This document shows, in pieces, positions 12,276 through 23,500 of a stretch of DNA of 64,000 nucleotides (its first letter is position 1; every line of letters begins with the position of its first letter). The stretch spans positions 2,408,575-2,472,574 of the forward strand of contig NC_068981.1 in the NCBI RefSeq assembly GCF_001194135.2, written 5' to 3'. Origin of the DNA: Octopus bimaculoides. Its lineage: Eukaryota. Under the pieces are notes generated by a model. That model was not told the DNA's origin and did no database searches. It saw only the letters and a program-made list of their open reading frames with translations. A program made the translations under genes and the position numbers.

Positions 12276-12968
12276 AGTAGTAGTAGTAGTGGTGGTGGTG
12301 GTGGTGGTGGTGATAATCCTTTCTACTATAGGCACAAAGCCTGAAATTTCGGGGCAAGGGGCTTGTCGGAGACATCAATCCTGGTACTCAGCTGGGGCTT
12401 ATTTTACAACCTTGGAAGAATAAAAGGCACAGTCAACGTTGGTGACCTTTGAACTCAGAACATAAAGGATCAGAAGAAATATCACTAAGCATGATGATGA
12501 AGGTGGTGGTGGCATCATCATCGTTGTCGTTGAGCATCTGCTTTCCATGTTGGCATGGGTTGGACAGTTTGACTGGGGACTGGCAAGCCAGAAGGCTGCA
12601 CCAGGCTCCAACCTGATCTGGCAAGGTTTCTACAGCTGGAAGCCCTTCCTAACGCCAACCACTTTACAGAGTGTAGTGGGTGCTTTTTATGTGCCACCAG
12701 CACAGGTGCCAGTGAGGCAGCACTGGGATCAGTCATGCTTGAATGATGCTTTTAGTTTTATGTGCCACCAGCACGGGTGTACCAGTAATAATAATAATAA
12801 TCAGGCAAGCCAGCAGCATCGTTGGATCAAAACTTAGCTGCAGTTTATCCCCTTTTACGTTCTGAGTTCAAATTACACTGAGGTCGGCTTTGTCTTTCAT
12901 CCTTTCAGGGTTAATGTAACTAACTTATCCCATACTCTGAAATTGCTGGCCTTGTGCTAAAATTTGAA

Positions 12969-13010
<42 letters not shown>

Positions 13011-14005
13011 TTGGACTTGGTGCTGCATTCTCTTTGCAGTTTCAGCTGATTCTTGCACCTCAAACAACTATTTGTTAACTGTCCTGTATAAATGGCAAAT
13101 CTGAGACCAGTCTGTTTTGTCAGCCAATACATAGGTTCTCTGATCAGCGGTGACTCGCAGCCATGATACATTCTTAACACAAAGGACTTCAAATTCACAT
13201 AGCAGCAGGTTTAGTGATCTCTCTCACTCACACACGCACACACGCATGCATGTATGTGGTTAATGTGATAGTGTTTTCTTCTTCAATACCAGTTGTCAAA
13301 TCTCTGGCAATGTTGATCTTCAGTTTCACTTCTGTAGAAAACTATTTGGAACACAAGTCTTTTTCTGCATTGCTCGTTTGCTCTTCGGGACTATAGAAGA
13401 GTTGTTGGTCACATTAGGAACTATATTGTTATGATTAACCAATAGGTATCAAAGATTATTCCAAATAAAGATATATCCATCTTTTATAGCTGGATATCTA
13501 AACCATCCTGAAAAAATATTGTCGTCTGTTTGTGTTGCTTTGAAGCACCCTTGAGCTTATCAAGTGTGATCTTAATTCCTTTTGATCTGTTATGAGCCCT
13601 AGGACTGAAGGCCAGGCATTAAAATGATTGAGATTACAAGACACCCCACTGAACAGCCCATTGCAGGATTGCTGGAACTCATTTACAGCTGAGTGGACTG
13701 GACTAACGTGAAATACAGTGTTTTGCTCAGAAACACAACACCCTACCTGGTCAGGGAATTAAGACCATAATCTTAATGATCGTGAGTGCAACATGCTAAC
13801 CACTGGGCCATAATACCCACCAGCTATATCTGGCCCAAATATTCTACCTGTTTTATGTTCAAACTGGCCATATTCAGCCTCTCACACCTACCTTACTATG
13901 TCATTCTAAAAATAAACAATCACCTCATCAAAATCTCAAAACTACAAGAAAATGCATCGTTAATTAAAAACAATGTGAATACATAATTAATGCTAAAGGG
14001 TTAAA

Positions 14006-14460
14006 CTGAAGACAACAATATTGTCAGTGTAGTCAATGCCTGACTGTTGTATCCTGGTCTAGAAGAACTCTGACTCTCAGCTGGAGCTACTAACATCCAG
14101 TCGATCACATGGTTGAATTGGGTTGCTTGGAGGGCACAGTTTTGTTGAGCTCCACTTTCAACCTCAAAATGCTTGTTAACTGTGGTACAAAATCTGTTCC
14201 ATGATAGTCTAGTGACAGAGAATACAGTTGGAAGTGGTCAGAATCCACAAATATGATGACCTTGACCTGTTGCAGTGACTCTCAAGTGTTGTGGAAAGTG
14301 TGTTTATGTTACAGAACCATGAGTTAAAGGAATGGGTCCACCAAGTTTTTGGATTGAGATGTGTGCAGGTATTTCACAATTGGTGTTGAGGAAAAAATGC
14401 TTCGTCGTTTCCACAGTGACACTGTTTATCAACAGTAGAACCATTTGACTGAAATAGACG
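14006..14460 (-). mobile_element. Highly decayed RTE-like RT fragment
   Basis: Minus strand reads HFEVESGAQQNCALQATQFNHVIDWML and GIDYTDNIVVFS, degenerate forms of GVRQGC.LSP.LFN..IDW and DYADD. Confidence 0.5.
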
Positions 14461-15110
14461 TTCAAAGTTCAGCCCACTCTGTTGAAATGTGTATACATGT
14501 ATATTGTGTGTGTGTGTGTAGATCACCTTCAGCTAGAGCCCAGACTAATTAATGCATTATGTAAAGCATATGTTGGTTGTGTGTGTTAATTATGGACCAA
14601 CACCCATTTAACTCAAGACACCAGAATGAAACTGTATGAAGCCTTTAAAGAGTAAATGTAATTTGAAAACTGTCTTCTTTAATTTTTACATCATCGTTTC
14701 ATGTCATGTCCATTGTCCATGCTGGCATGGGTTGGATGGTTTGACCAGGGCTGGTAAGCTGAGGGGTGGCACCAGACTCCAGAGTGTACTGGGTGCTTTA
14801 TATATGGCTTGGTTCGTAGACCAACTGCTGCCCCTTAACAACCTCTGATGTAAAAGGAGAGGCTGAGAAACCCACAAAAGGGATTTTCTGTTGGTTCTCT
14901 TTAAAAACATTTGCAAATGACACCCAATATTGACTGAGATTGATACAGCTGGGAGATGATAGATGGCTAATGAGAAATGGCTAAATTACTAAAGATGAGG
15001 GACCAAAAACAAAAGAAATGGGCAGGAAAAAAGGAAACCTGACAACTCACTTCAGTTGATACACTTAGAGCCAGTTTGAAAAAGTCAGAGACGCTAAAAT
15101 AATGGTTTAA

Positions 15111-15330
15111 CTCCTTAGCATTTAAACCGGCCATATCCGGCCCAAATATTCTACCTGTTTTATCTTCAAATGGGGCCAGACCTGAACTCTCACACCTAAC
15201 TTCCAGTGCCATTCTAGAAATAACCAATCACATCATTGAAGTCTCAAAGCTTTGAGGTAATGCATGATTAATTCAAAACAATGTGAATAAAAAGCATTAC
15301 GTTAGACCAAGTAATCTGAATGCTGAAGGA
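15111..15330. mobile_element. piggyBac-like MITE
   Basis: Flanked by TTAA (15107-15110 and 15331-15334) with TIRs CTCCTTAGCATT / AATGCTGAAGGA. Same family at 50623-50825 and a partial copy at about 13822-14000. Confidence 0.75.
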
Positions 15331-15721
15331 TTAACATTACCATTGACTTCCAAACTGAGAGATGCCAGTGCAATATTTACATCTGTGCAGACCACATACA
15401 TCCACATATATAATATGATTTGTCTGCTGGTGTTCACATTGGTAGGCTTATGATTAAGGTAGATTCCACTGTTTCTTCTACTGAAATTGTTAATGTAGTC
15501 ACTCTTCACTGCCTTAATCAATGAGATATTTTATTGTAAAACATCATCATTGTCTATTGATATTAGCTTTTTGCCAGCTCAATTTCAAGTTGGTAGTTTT
15601 TTGTATAATGTGCAGGGATTTATGATTTGTTGTTAATAGAAGTTGTTGAAATGATGTTGATGTTTATACAGCTCTAATTCAAACAAATGTCATTTTGAGT
15701 ATGTTTGTTTATTTACTCAGT

Positions 15722-16101
15722 GGAGGCGCAATGGCCCAGTGGTTAGGGTAGTGGACTCGCAGTCATAGGATCGCGGTTTCGATTCCCAGACTGGGTGTTG
15801 TGAGTGTTTATTGAGCGAAAACACCTAAAGCTCTACGAGGCACCGGCAGGGGGTGGTGGCGAACCCTGCTGTACTCTTTCACCACAACTTTCTCTCACTC
15901 TTTCTTCCTGTTTCTGTTGTGCCTGTAATTTAAAGGGTCAGCCTTGTCACACTGTGTCACGCTGAATATCCCCGAGAACTACATTAAGGGTACATGTGTC
16001 TGTGGAGTGCTCAGCCACTTGCACGTTAATTTCACGAGTAGGCTGTTCCGTTGATCGGATCAACTGGAACCCTCGTCGTCGTAAGTGACGGAGTGCCAAC
16101 A
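15722..16101 (+). mobile_element. Intact tRNA-derived SINE (family E) with a 14-bp target-site duplication
   Basis: A-box TGGCCCAGTGG and B-box GGTTTCGATTCC; TSD TTTATTTACTCAGT at 15708-15721 and 16102-16115. A decayed antisense partial copy lies at about 28065-28215. Confidence 0.9.
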
Positions 16102-18150
16102 TTTATTTACTCAGTAGGCGTGAGTGTGTGGTTGAAAAGCTTCCAGCCACGGGGCTGTCAAGTTTAGTCCCACTGCATGGCACCTTAGGCAAGTGCTTGC
16201 TATAGCCCCAGGTTATGTAAATGGATTTGGTTGATGGAATCCTATTGTGTATGTATGCACACACACACACATGTATATAAATGTGTTGTGTTTAGATGTC
16301 TAGACATTATGCAATGGTTGTAAATGTTTTCAACTGTTTACTGTTAGCTGTTTAGTTTCAAGTCAATTCTGATGGAGCAAACCTTTGATTGAAAGTGTTC
16401 TAATTGCATTAGTACTGTCTTTTGTTGCTTGTTCTTTTTTGTTTTTCTTTCTTTCAGCCATCGTGTATCTAGGACTACATTGTCTAATAGGCCCCTTTTT
16501 TTAAGATTGCAGCAGGTTTGTTTGGGCCTAGCAAAAGGAGGAAGGGCCACACCTATGAACCTTGTTGCATAACTTCTAAGACTGGTCAAGTAAAAAGTAG
16601 AAGCCCCAGTTGACAGATGATCCTGAAACTGGAGACCTGGTCTGAGTGCTTGCGACAGAGTGGACTTAAATAGTCCGTCAATGGTCGGCCAGGTGTTAAA
16701 TCAAGCAATGGATTTGCCACTTCTAGCAGTCAAGTGACTATACAGAGGCTCCCTTTTTAGCTCTAACTGTCTGCTTGTTTTTCTATTTTGGTAATGAGCA
16801 TAATTTATCTCCTGTCAATTGTTTCTAGCAGTGTAGCATTCTTTGAATATTAACTGCTGCATAAACTAACTCCTGACTATATAGCAAACCTCCTGGGTAT
16901 TTCTTTTTAGTTTCTTTTCTTTTTTTTTTTTTTGTGCAATACTCTAGTCTCTTAATTGTAGAATGTCAAACATGACCATTGTATATTTGTCTCCTAGTAT
17001 ACATTGCTGTGTATGTATATTATTGGCTTCTTTCAGTTTCCATCTACCTAATTCATTCAAGGCTTTGGTCAGCCCAGAGCTCTTGTAGAAGACGCTTGCC
17101 TCAAGGTGCCAACACAACAGGACTGAACCTAAGACCACATGCTTAGGATGCAAGCTTCTTAACCATTCAGCAAGACGCGCGCGCACGCACACACACACAC
17201 ACACACACAAATTATTGAGCTTTAGCTAATCTGTGTACATTAATTGGCATAAAAGAAATGTAAGTGAAGCTTAGAATTTCAATCCTTTTTCTCAACTTAA
17301 TTCTAGATACAGTTGTATAGTGTAATGACATCTTTTTTCATGTGTGTATTGCATCTAGATGAGGTGTTAGCTCCCGCAAGCCCTGATATTACAGTCAGTT
17401 TTGATATACCCATTAAGTTTCTGTTTGGTTTCTGAAACCCTGTTAGCAGTCTGAGTTTTTTTTACTCTCCACACCATGCTGGAGTTAGTTCAATGTCTTT
17501 CTCTACTCTACCTCTTCATCAGAGTATGCAATTAATAGTGAAACTAGTCGGAGTACTTCAGTTCTAGACAGCTATGGTCTGATAGACCTCTGATCAAATA
17601 CACTCCAGCTAATGACCATTTCAAGTATTCTCTTCAGGTAGTGAATCCAAGATTACTTCATCCAATATGACCTTCAACTTTTTCTTTATTATTTATTTAG
17701 GAACAGTTGAGTGTGGCTTGAGGGGAATTTGGCTGCTATTTCTTTCTGCCCCTCCTCCCCATATTCGTGTAAAGCGACCATGTAGCCTTACTGGATGGCT
17801 CAATAGTTAATAGATTTAGTAAACTAAGCTCAGTGTTTATCCTTAATTGTTTTAGTATTGATGAAATGAATACCAATTAGGTTATTTTGGCCGATGAGGT
17901 TGGTACTAAAATAGTTGCAGTTTGGCAGTTAATAGTGTTTGCTCAGACTGCTAGAGACAGCAGCAAAATCCCTTTCAGAATATACCTACTGTCTTTAAAA
18001 AAAGAAAACACTCAATGGATACTAGAGTGCTAGGACTAAAAGAATTAGGAAAAAAAAAAAAGAGCTGGATGGCCATGGCTGAGACACCACCTGATCTATC
18101 CGGGTTGACTTGGAGCTAAACTACAACTACTAACTTTTATTATTATTTTA

Positions 18151-18193
<43 letters not shown>

Positions 18194-18301
18194 NNNNNNN
18201 NNNNNNNNNNNNNNNNNNNNNNNNNNNNNNNNNNNNNNNNNNNNNNNNNNNNNNNNNNNNNNNNNNNNNNNNNNNNNNNNNNNNNNNNNNNNNNNNNNNN
18301 N

Positions 18302-18357
<56 letters not shown>

Positions 18358-18867
18358 TTCCTTCCTTTCGTCTATTTTCAGATATTCTTTTACTTTTTGT
18401 TTGTTTTCGATTCGTTAATTGGTACTATTCATAACTGTCAGTAATTTTTTTTCTTCTTTTTTTTTCCCATTTATAAATCAAATTATTTTCTGGTTTCAAA
18501 TTGTTATTGTCTTTCTGTGTTGTAGTAGTAGTAGTAGTATGTTATAATCTTGATGTCCATGTCTGCAATCTAGATCAAATACTACTTATTGAAATTATGT
18601 ATCTCCAAGCTAATCAACTTTTCAGTGTTCTCATTCTCACATCACTTCAGTGTTGCTATCTCACACTATTANNNNNNNNNNACACACACACACACACTCT
18701 ACACTCGAAACGTTAATAACTCGGTTTAGAAAAAAAACAGCCATGATAAACGTTTTCAAGTTCATAGTTAGAGACAAGTATGATAATGCCTCAAACATAA
18801 CGGGGCAGCGTTATGTGTCGAGGGTAGTTCCACTTCCCTGCAGCTATTAGATTTGATGTGTATTCTT

Positions 18868-19233
18868 TTGTTTGTTTCAGTTATGTGACTGCGGCCACGC
18901 TGGAGCACTGCCTTTAGTTGAACAAAGTGACCCCAGGACTTATTCTTTGTAAGTCTTGTACTTATTCTATCGGTCTCTTCTGCTGAACTTCTAAGTTACA
19001 GGGGCGTAAACACACCAACATCAGTTGTCAAGCGATGGTCGGGGGGACAGACACACAAACACACACACATATATATACAACTGGCTGCATTCAGTTTCCG
19101 TCTACCAAATCCACTCAAAAGGCTTTGGTTGGCCCAAGGCTATAGTACAAGACACTTGCCCAAGGTGCCGTGCAGTGGGACTGAACCCAGAACCATGTGG
19201 TTGATAAGCAAGCTACTCACCACACAGCCACTC
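18868..19233 (-). mobile_element. tRNA-derived SINE, family A
   Basis: Homologous to 5427-5808 along its full length. Confidence 0.85.
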
Positions 19234-19804
19234 GTAAACAAATAGTTCTCAACTGTTTTTTTTTATCTAAGGACCTCTTTGATCCCGATTAAATTTTGGT
19301 GGATCCTCCCAGCCATTCAATGTGTAAAAGCTAGTTCATTGATACTTCTTTCAAAATTTCCATTTTATTTTTTACACGCTAACTTGTGTAGGTTAAACTA
19401 TGTAACATGTTTGAGAAAGAAATTTAGCTATTTCTCGCAATTGGTTGTGTGGTAAGTAGCTTGCTTACCAACCACATGGTTTCCAGGTTCAGTCTCACTG
19501 TGTGGTTCCTTGGGCAAGTGTCTTCTATAGTTTCAGGTCGACCAAAGCCTTGTGTTTGGATTTGGTAGACAGAAACTGAAAAGAAGCCTGTTGTGTGTAT
19601 ATATGTGTGTGTGTGTGTGTGTGTTCATATATATATTTTTGTGTGAGTCAAAGGTTGAGAAACCAACTAAGAGTTAGTACCTACCCAATATACTGCTGGT
19701 AGTGTACCCAAATATTCATACGCAAGTGCTAGTTATTGCGTGGCAATCCCGCAGTTGAGTGTTATATATGAGCAGGGGGGTAAAAGGTGGTTTACCCTTG
19801 ATTT

Positions 19805-20098
19805 ATATGGCAAATAAGAAAGCAGAGAGGATACAAAATCAACAGACATCGGCTGGTAAACATTCCAGTATGTCTATGCCAGTGTATTAGATGAATACAT
19901 ACACATGTATCAGTGGTACAGAAAGAGTTGGTAATTGAAACGAGGGTGGGGAAGCAAAGGGTGTTGTTGCAATTACCAATTCTTTCTATTTGATAATATG
20001 TTTATGTATTCATCCAATACATTTGAATAAATAGACATATTGGAATGTTTACTGTTTGATGCCTGTCGATTTTGTATCTTCTCCACTTTCTTATTTGC

Positions 20099-20103
<5 letters not shown>
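19805..20103. repeat. Long imperfect inverted repeat (about 137-bp arms, 24-nt loop)
   Basis: 19805-19941 is the reverse complement of 19966-20103 at roughly 80% by eye. Confidence 0.88.
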
Positions 20104-20137
<34 letters not shown>

Positions 20138-20428
20138 TTGTGTGTCTGTGTTTGTCTCCCCACCATAGCTTGACAACTGATGCTGGTGCATTTACATCCG
20201 CCGTAACTTAGCGGTTCGGCAAAAGACACCGATAGAATAAGTACTAGGCTTACAAAGGAGAAGTCCTGGGGTTGATTTGTTCAACTAAAGGCGGTGCTCC
20301 AGCATGGCCGCTGTTAGATGACTGAAACAAGCAAAACATTTAAGTATTTCAATCAGTTCTGTTGTTAAGATTTTAATTCTTTTACAGCCCATACATTTTT
20401 TAACAAGTATTTCTCTTTCTCCTTTCAG

Positions 20429-20485
20429 ATGCAAAAAAATTTTTTGATTATTTCTCATACTTTTGGAAATTCTCTGGATACTTGA
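20429..20485 (+). promoter_or_regulatory. Upstream ORF (MQKNFLIISHTFGNSLDT*) in the same frame as the main CDS
   Basis: ATG directly follows the acceptor AG at 20428; TGA at 20483-20485; 81 nt (27 codons) upstream of the ATG at 20510. Confidence 0.55.
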
Positions 20486-20509
20486 CAGAGATACCTGAAA
20501 GCTGTCTGC

Positions 20510-20581
20510 ATGCCTTCTATAATAAATATTGTAGTGTTTTGGATGCAAGACATGTCCGAAAAGAAATCACCTTCTCAGAAG
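20510..20581 (+). CDS. ANKRD11/ANKRD12: Coding exon 1 (MPSIINIVVFWMQDMSEKKSPSQK); the exon itself probably starts at 20429
   Basis: Strong acceptor ttctctttctcctttcag at 20428 and donor AAG|gtaatg at 20581. Phase 0 joins exon 2 in frame. The ATG at 20552 (gacATG) has the best -3 purine context. No family motif is present, so this exon is less certain. Confidence 0.65.
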
Positions 20582-23500
20582 GTAATGTAATATTTTGGCT
20601 TCTATTTCCTGTTTTGTGGTGTAATAAAAACGTTTATTTCATGTTATTTTGCTTTATGAAATTATACATAATTGGAGTCCAGATTCCAACAGACACTTGG
20701 AGTCAGGCCAGCTCTATGTCAAACTGTCCAACCCATGCCAGCATGGAAGGCAGACGTTAAACGATGATGATGATACATATATATATATCGTCGTCATCAT
20801 CGTTTAACGTCCGCTTTCCATGTTGGCATGGGCTGGACGGTTTGACTGAGGGCTGGCATGCCAGAAGGCTGCACCAGACTCCAATCTGATCTGGCAAAGT
20901 TTCTACAGCTGGATGCCCTTCCTATCGCCAACCACTCTGAGAGTGTAGTGGGTGCCTTATACATGCCACAGGCACGAGGGCCAATCAGGCAGTACTGGCA
21001 TCGACCACGCTTGAATGGTGCTTTTTACGTGCCACCAGCATGGGAGCCAGTCAGTCGGCACTGGCAACAATCACACTTGAATGGTGCCTTATACATGCCA
21101 CCGGCATGAGGGCCAATCAGGCGCTACTGGCAATAATCACACTTGAGTGGTGCTTTTTATGTGCGACCAGCACGGGAGCCAGTCAGCTGGCACTGGCAGG
21201 CATGCCACGTTTTCACCTCTTCAACAAGATATCTGCTCCTCTCTCTCTCTCTTTCTCTATCAGAGTTTCTTATTCCTCCAATCCATACCCCTCTCAGTTG
21301 AGGGGTATTATCTTGCAAGTACTCAGTTGTCTCACAAGTGCTGGTGTCATGTAAAAAGCACCCAGTATACTCTGTTAAATGGTTGGCATTAAGAAGATCT
21401 TGCAGCTGTAGAAACCTTACCAAAATTGATACAGAGCTTAGGAGAGCAATCTCACTCGTCGGTTCTTGTCAAACTGTCCAATCCATGCCAGCTGGAAAAA
21501 AGGACACCAAATGATGATGCTTCTGTATATACATGGCACTTTGAGCAAGTGTCTATTGTGTTCACCAAAACCTTGTGAATGGATTTCATAGATGGAGAAA
21601 GAAGCTGTGTGTGTGAGCGATCTCTTTGTCTTGACATTAGTGTAGCCATCATACAAGTTATGTCATTGGTTTTCAGTCTGCAAAACCATTTTGTCTTTAA
21701 AAACGCATGCAATATTTTAAGATTCAAACCTTAAAAGCATGCTTTGAATAGAGAGAGAGAGAGCGAGAGAGATGAACATAATTATAACACTGCTCATAGA
21801 TAAGCTGGGTGCCTGTTATCTACATATCTGGAGGTGATGAAGTTGGTGGTTTCTATGCCAGCAATGCGTTCAGGTTGAGCTGACAAAGGCTCAATGACAT
21901 CTCGCTCTCTCTCTCTCTAATCTGCAGGAGATTAATCACACAGTATTACAATAACATGACTCACACTCACTGTTGACTTTATCTATATATCTACACAGTT
22001 ATTCAGTTTTTATGATAGAGGATCTTGATCTTTAAAACCTATCCAAGTTAGAAATATCTTTGCCCCTCCACCACTCCAAGTTACATGTAGCAGTAAGGTA
22101 ATACTGTGTGATTAATCTCCTGCAGATTAGAGAGAGAGAGAGCGAGATGTCATTGAGCCTTTGTCAGCTCAACCTGAACGCATTGCTGGCATAGAAACCA
22201 CCAACTTCATCACCTCCAGATATGTAGATAACAGGCACCCAGCTTATCAGTAGGGTTAGACTTCTATCTATGAGCAGTGTTATAATTATGTTCATCTCTT
22301 TCGTTCTATATTCAAAGCATGCTATTTTAAGGTTTGAATCTTTAAATGTTGCACGTGTTTTTAAAGAGAAAATGGTTGTTGGATTTATCATTTCTGAGGA
22401 TGGTTTCTTGTTGACTAACGTTGACTAATGATGTGGTAGTTATTTCTTATTGTTCCCAACAACTTAGAAATGTCGGAGTTGAATGCATGCACACATCCAT
22501 ACACATACATGCAGATGTCAACTGTCACAATTTTCATCATCATCATCATCATCATCGTTTAACGTCTGCTTTCCATGCTGGTGTGGGTTGGATGGTTTGA
22601 CTGAGGTCTGGAAAGCCAGCGGCTGGACCAGGCTCCAATCTGATCTGGCAATGCTCCGACAGCTGGATGCCCTTCCTAATGCCAACCACTCCGAGAGCAT
22701 AGTGCGTGCTTTTTTGGGGCTGTAGTTTTGTGAAAGATACTAGACTTGCAATGAATGGCTATCCCGAAATGTCATCGAGTTAGTCTCTCCTATTGCAACA
22801 TGATGTTGCTAAAACAATAGACACATCAACACTTAATGTCCATCTTCCATACTAGCATAGGTTGGGCAGTTTGATGCTAGTCCCTGAGACCCCTTTTGGG
22901 GTCTCAGGGTGTAGCCTTCCTGAGCTAGTTTTCCACCACATTTCTTAAAAATCGTGGTTGAGGGCTTGGTCTCGGGACCACTCATGTCTAGAAACTGCGG
23001 GTGGCGGTAAGCAAGGGCATACTCCCTGTAGAGAATCCAGCTCCAAAAAAGCAAAGGAGAATGGGCACCAGCCAGCCCAAAGGTTGGAGTGGGCTGCACC
23101 TGCCTACCTCGGTTGCTATGGCATTGAAGTAGATCCAGCCACCCCTGTTAACGGGGACAAAACCTGGATTTAAAACACTGCATGATGATGATGGCAAGCC
23201 AGAGAACTGCATCAAACTTCACTGTCTGCTTTAGCATGGTTTTTACAGCTGGATGCTCTTTCTAATGTCTACCACTGTATAGAGTAGACTGGGTGCTTTT
23301 ACATGGTACCAACACCATCTGGGGTCTGTGTTGGTGTGGTTGTTACAGTTGGATGATCTTTCTAATGCTAATGACTTCATAGAGTGGACTGGGTGTTTTT
23401 TACATGGCACCAGTACATACATACATACATACCAACACAAGGAATATTTGTGGAGCAATCCCATTTAAACTTCTATCAAGTGCAAACTTAACAGATCTAA

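Noticed and set aside
15722-15800. tRNA-like sequences with A and B boxes (also at the heads of SINE families A, B and D)
   Set aside because: I could not form a cloverleaf, and each continues into a SINE body, so they are not tRNA genes.
1-20428. Promoter or non-coding first exon of the ANKRD gene
   Set aside because: No CpG-rich or otherwise convincing promoter was seen; isolated AG/GT signals are not sufficient evidence.
20482-20760. ORF-track peptide MTEIPESCLHAF...
   Set aside because: It starts at TTG and is in the wrong frame; only the frame ending SQK joins exon 2 without a shift.
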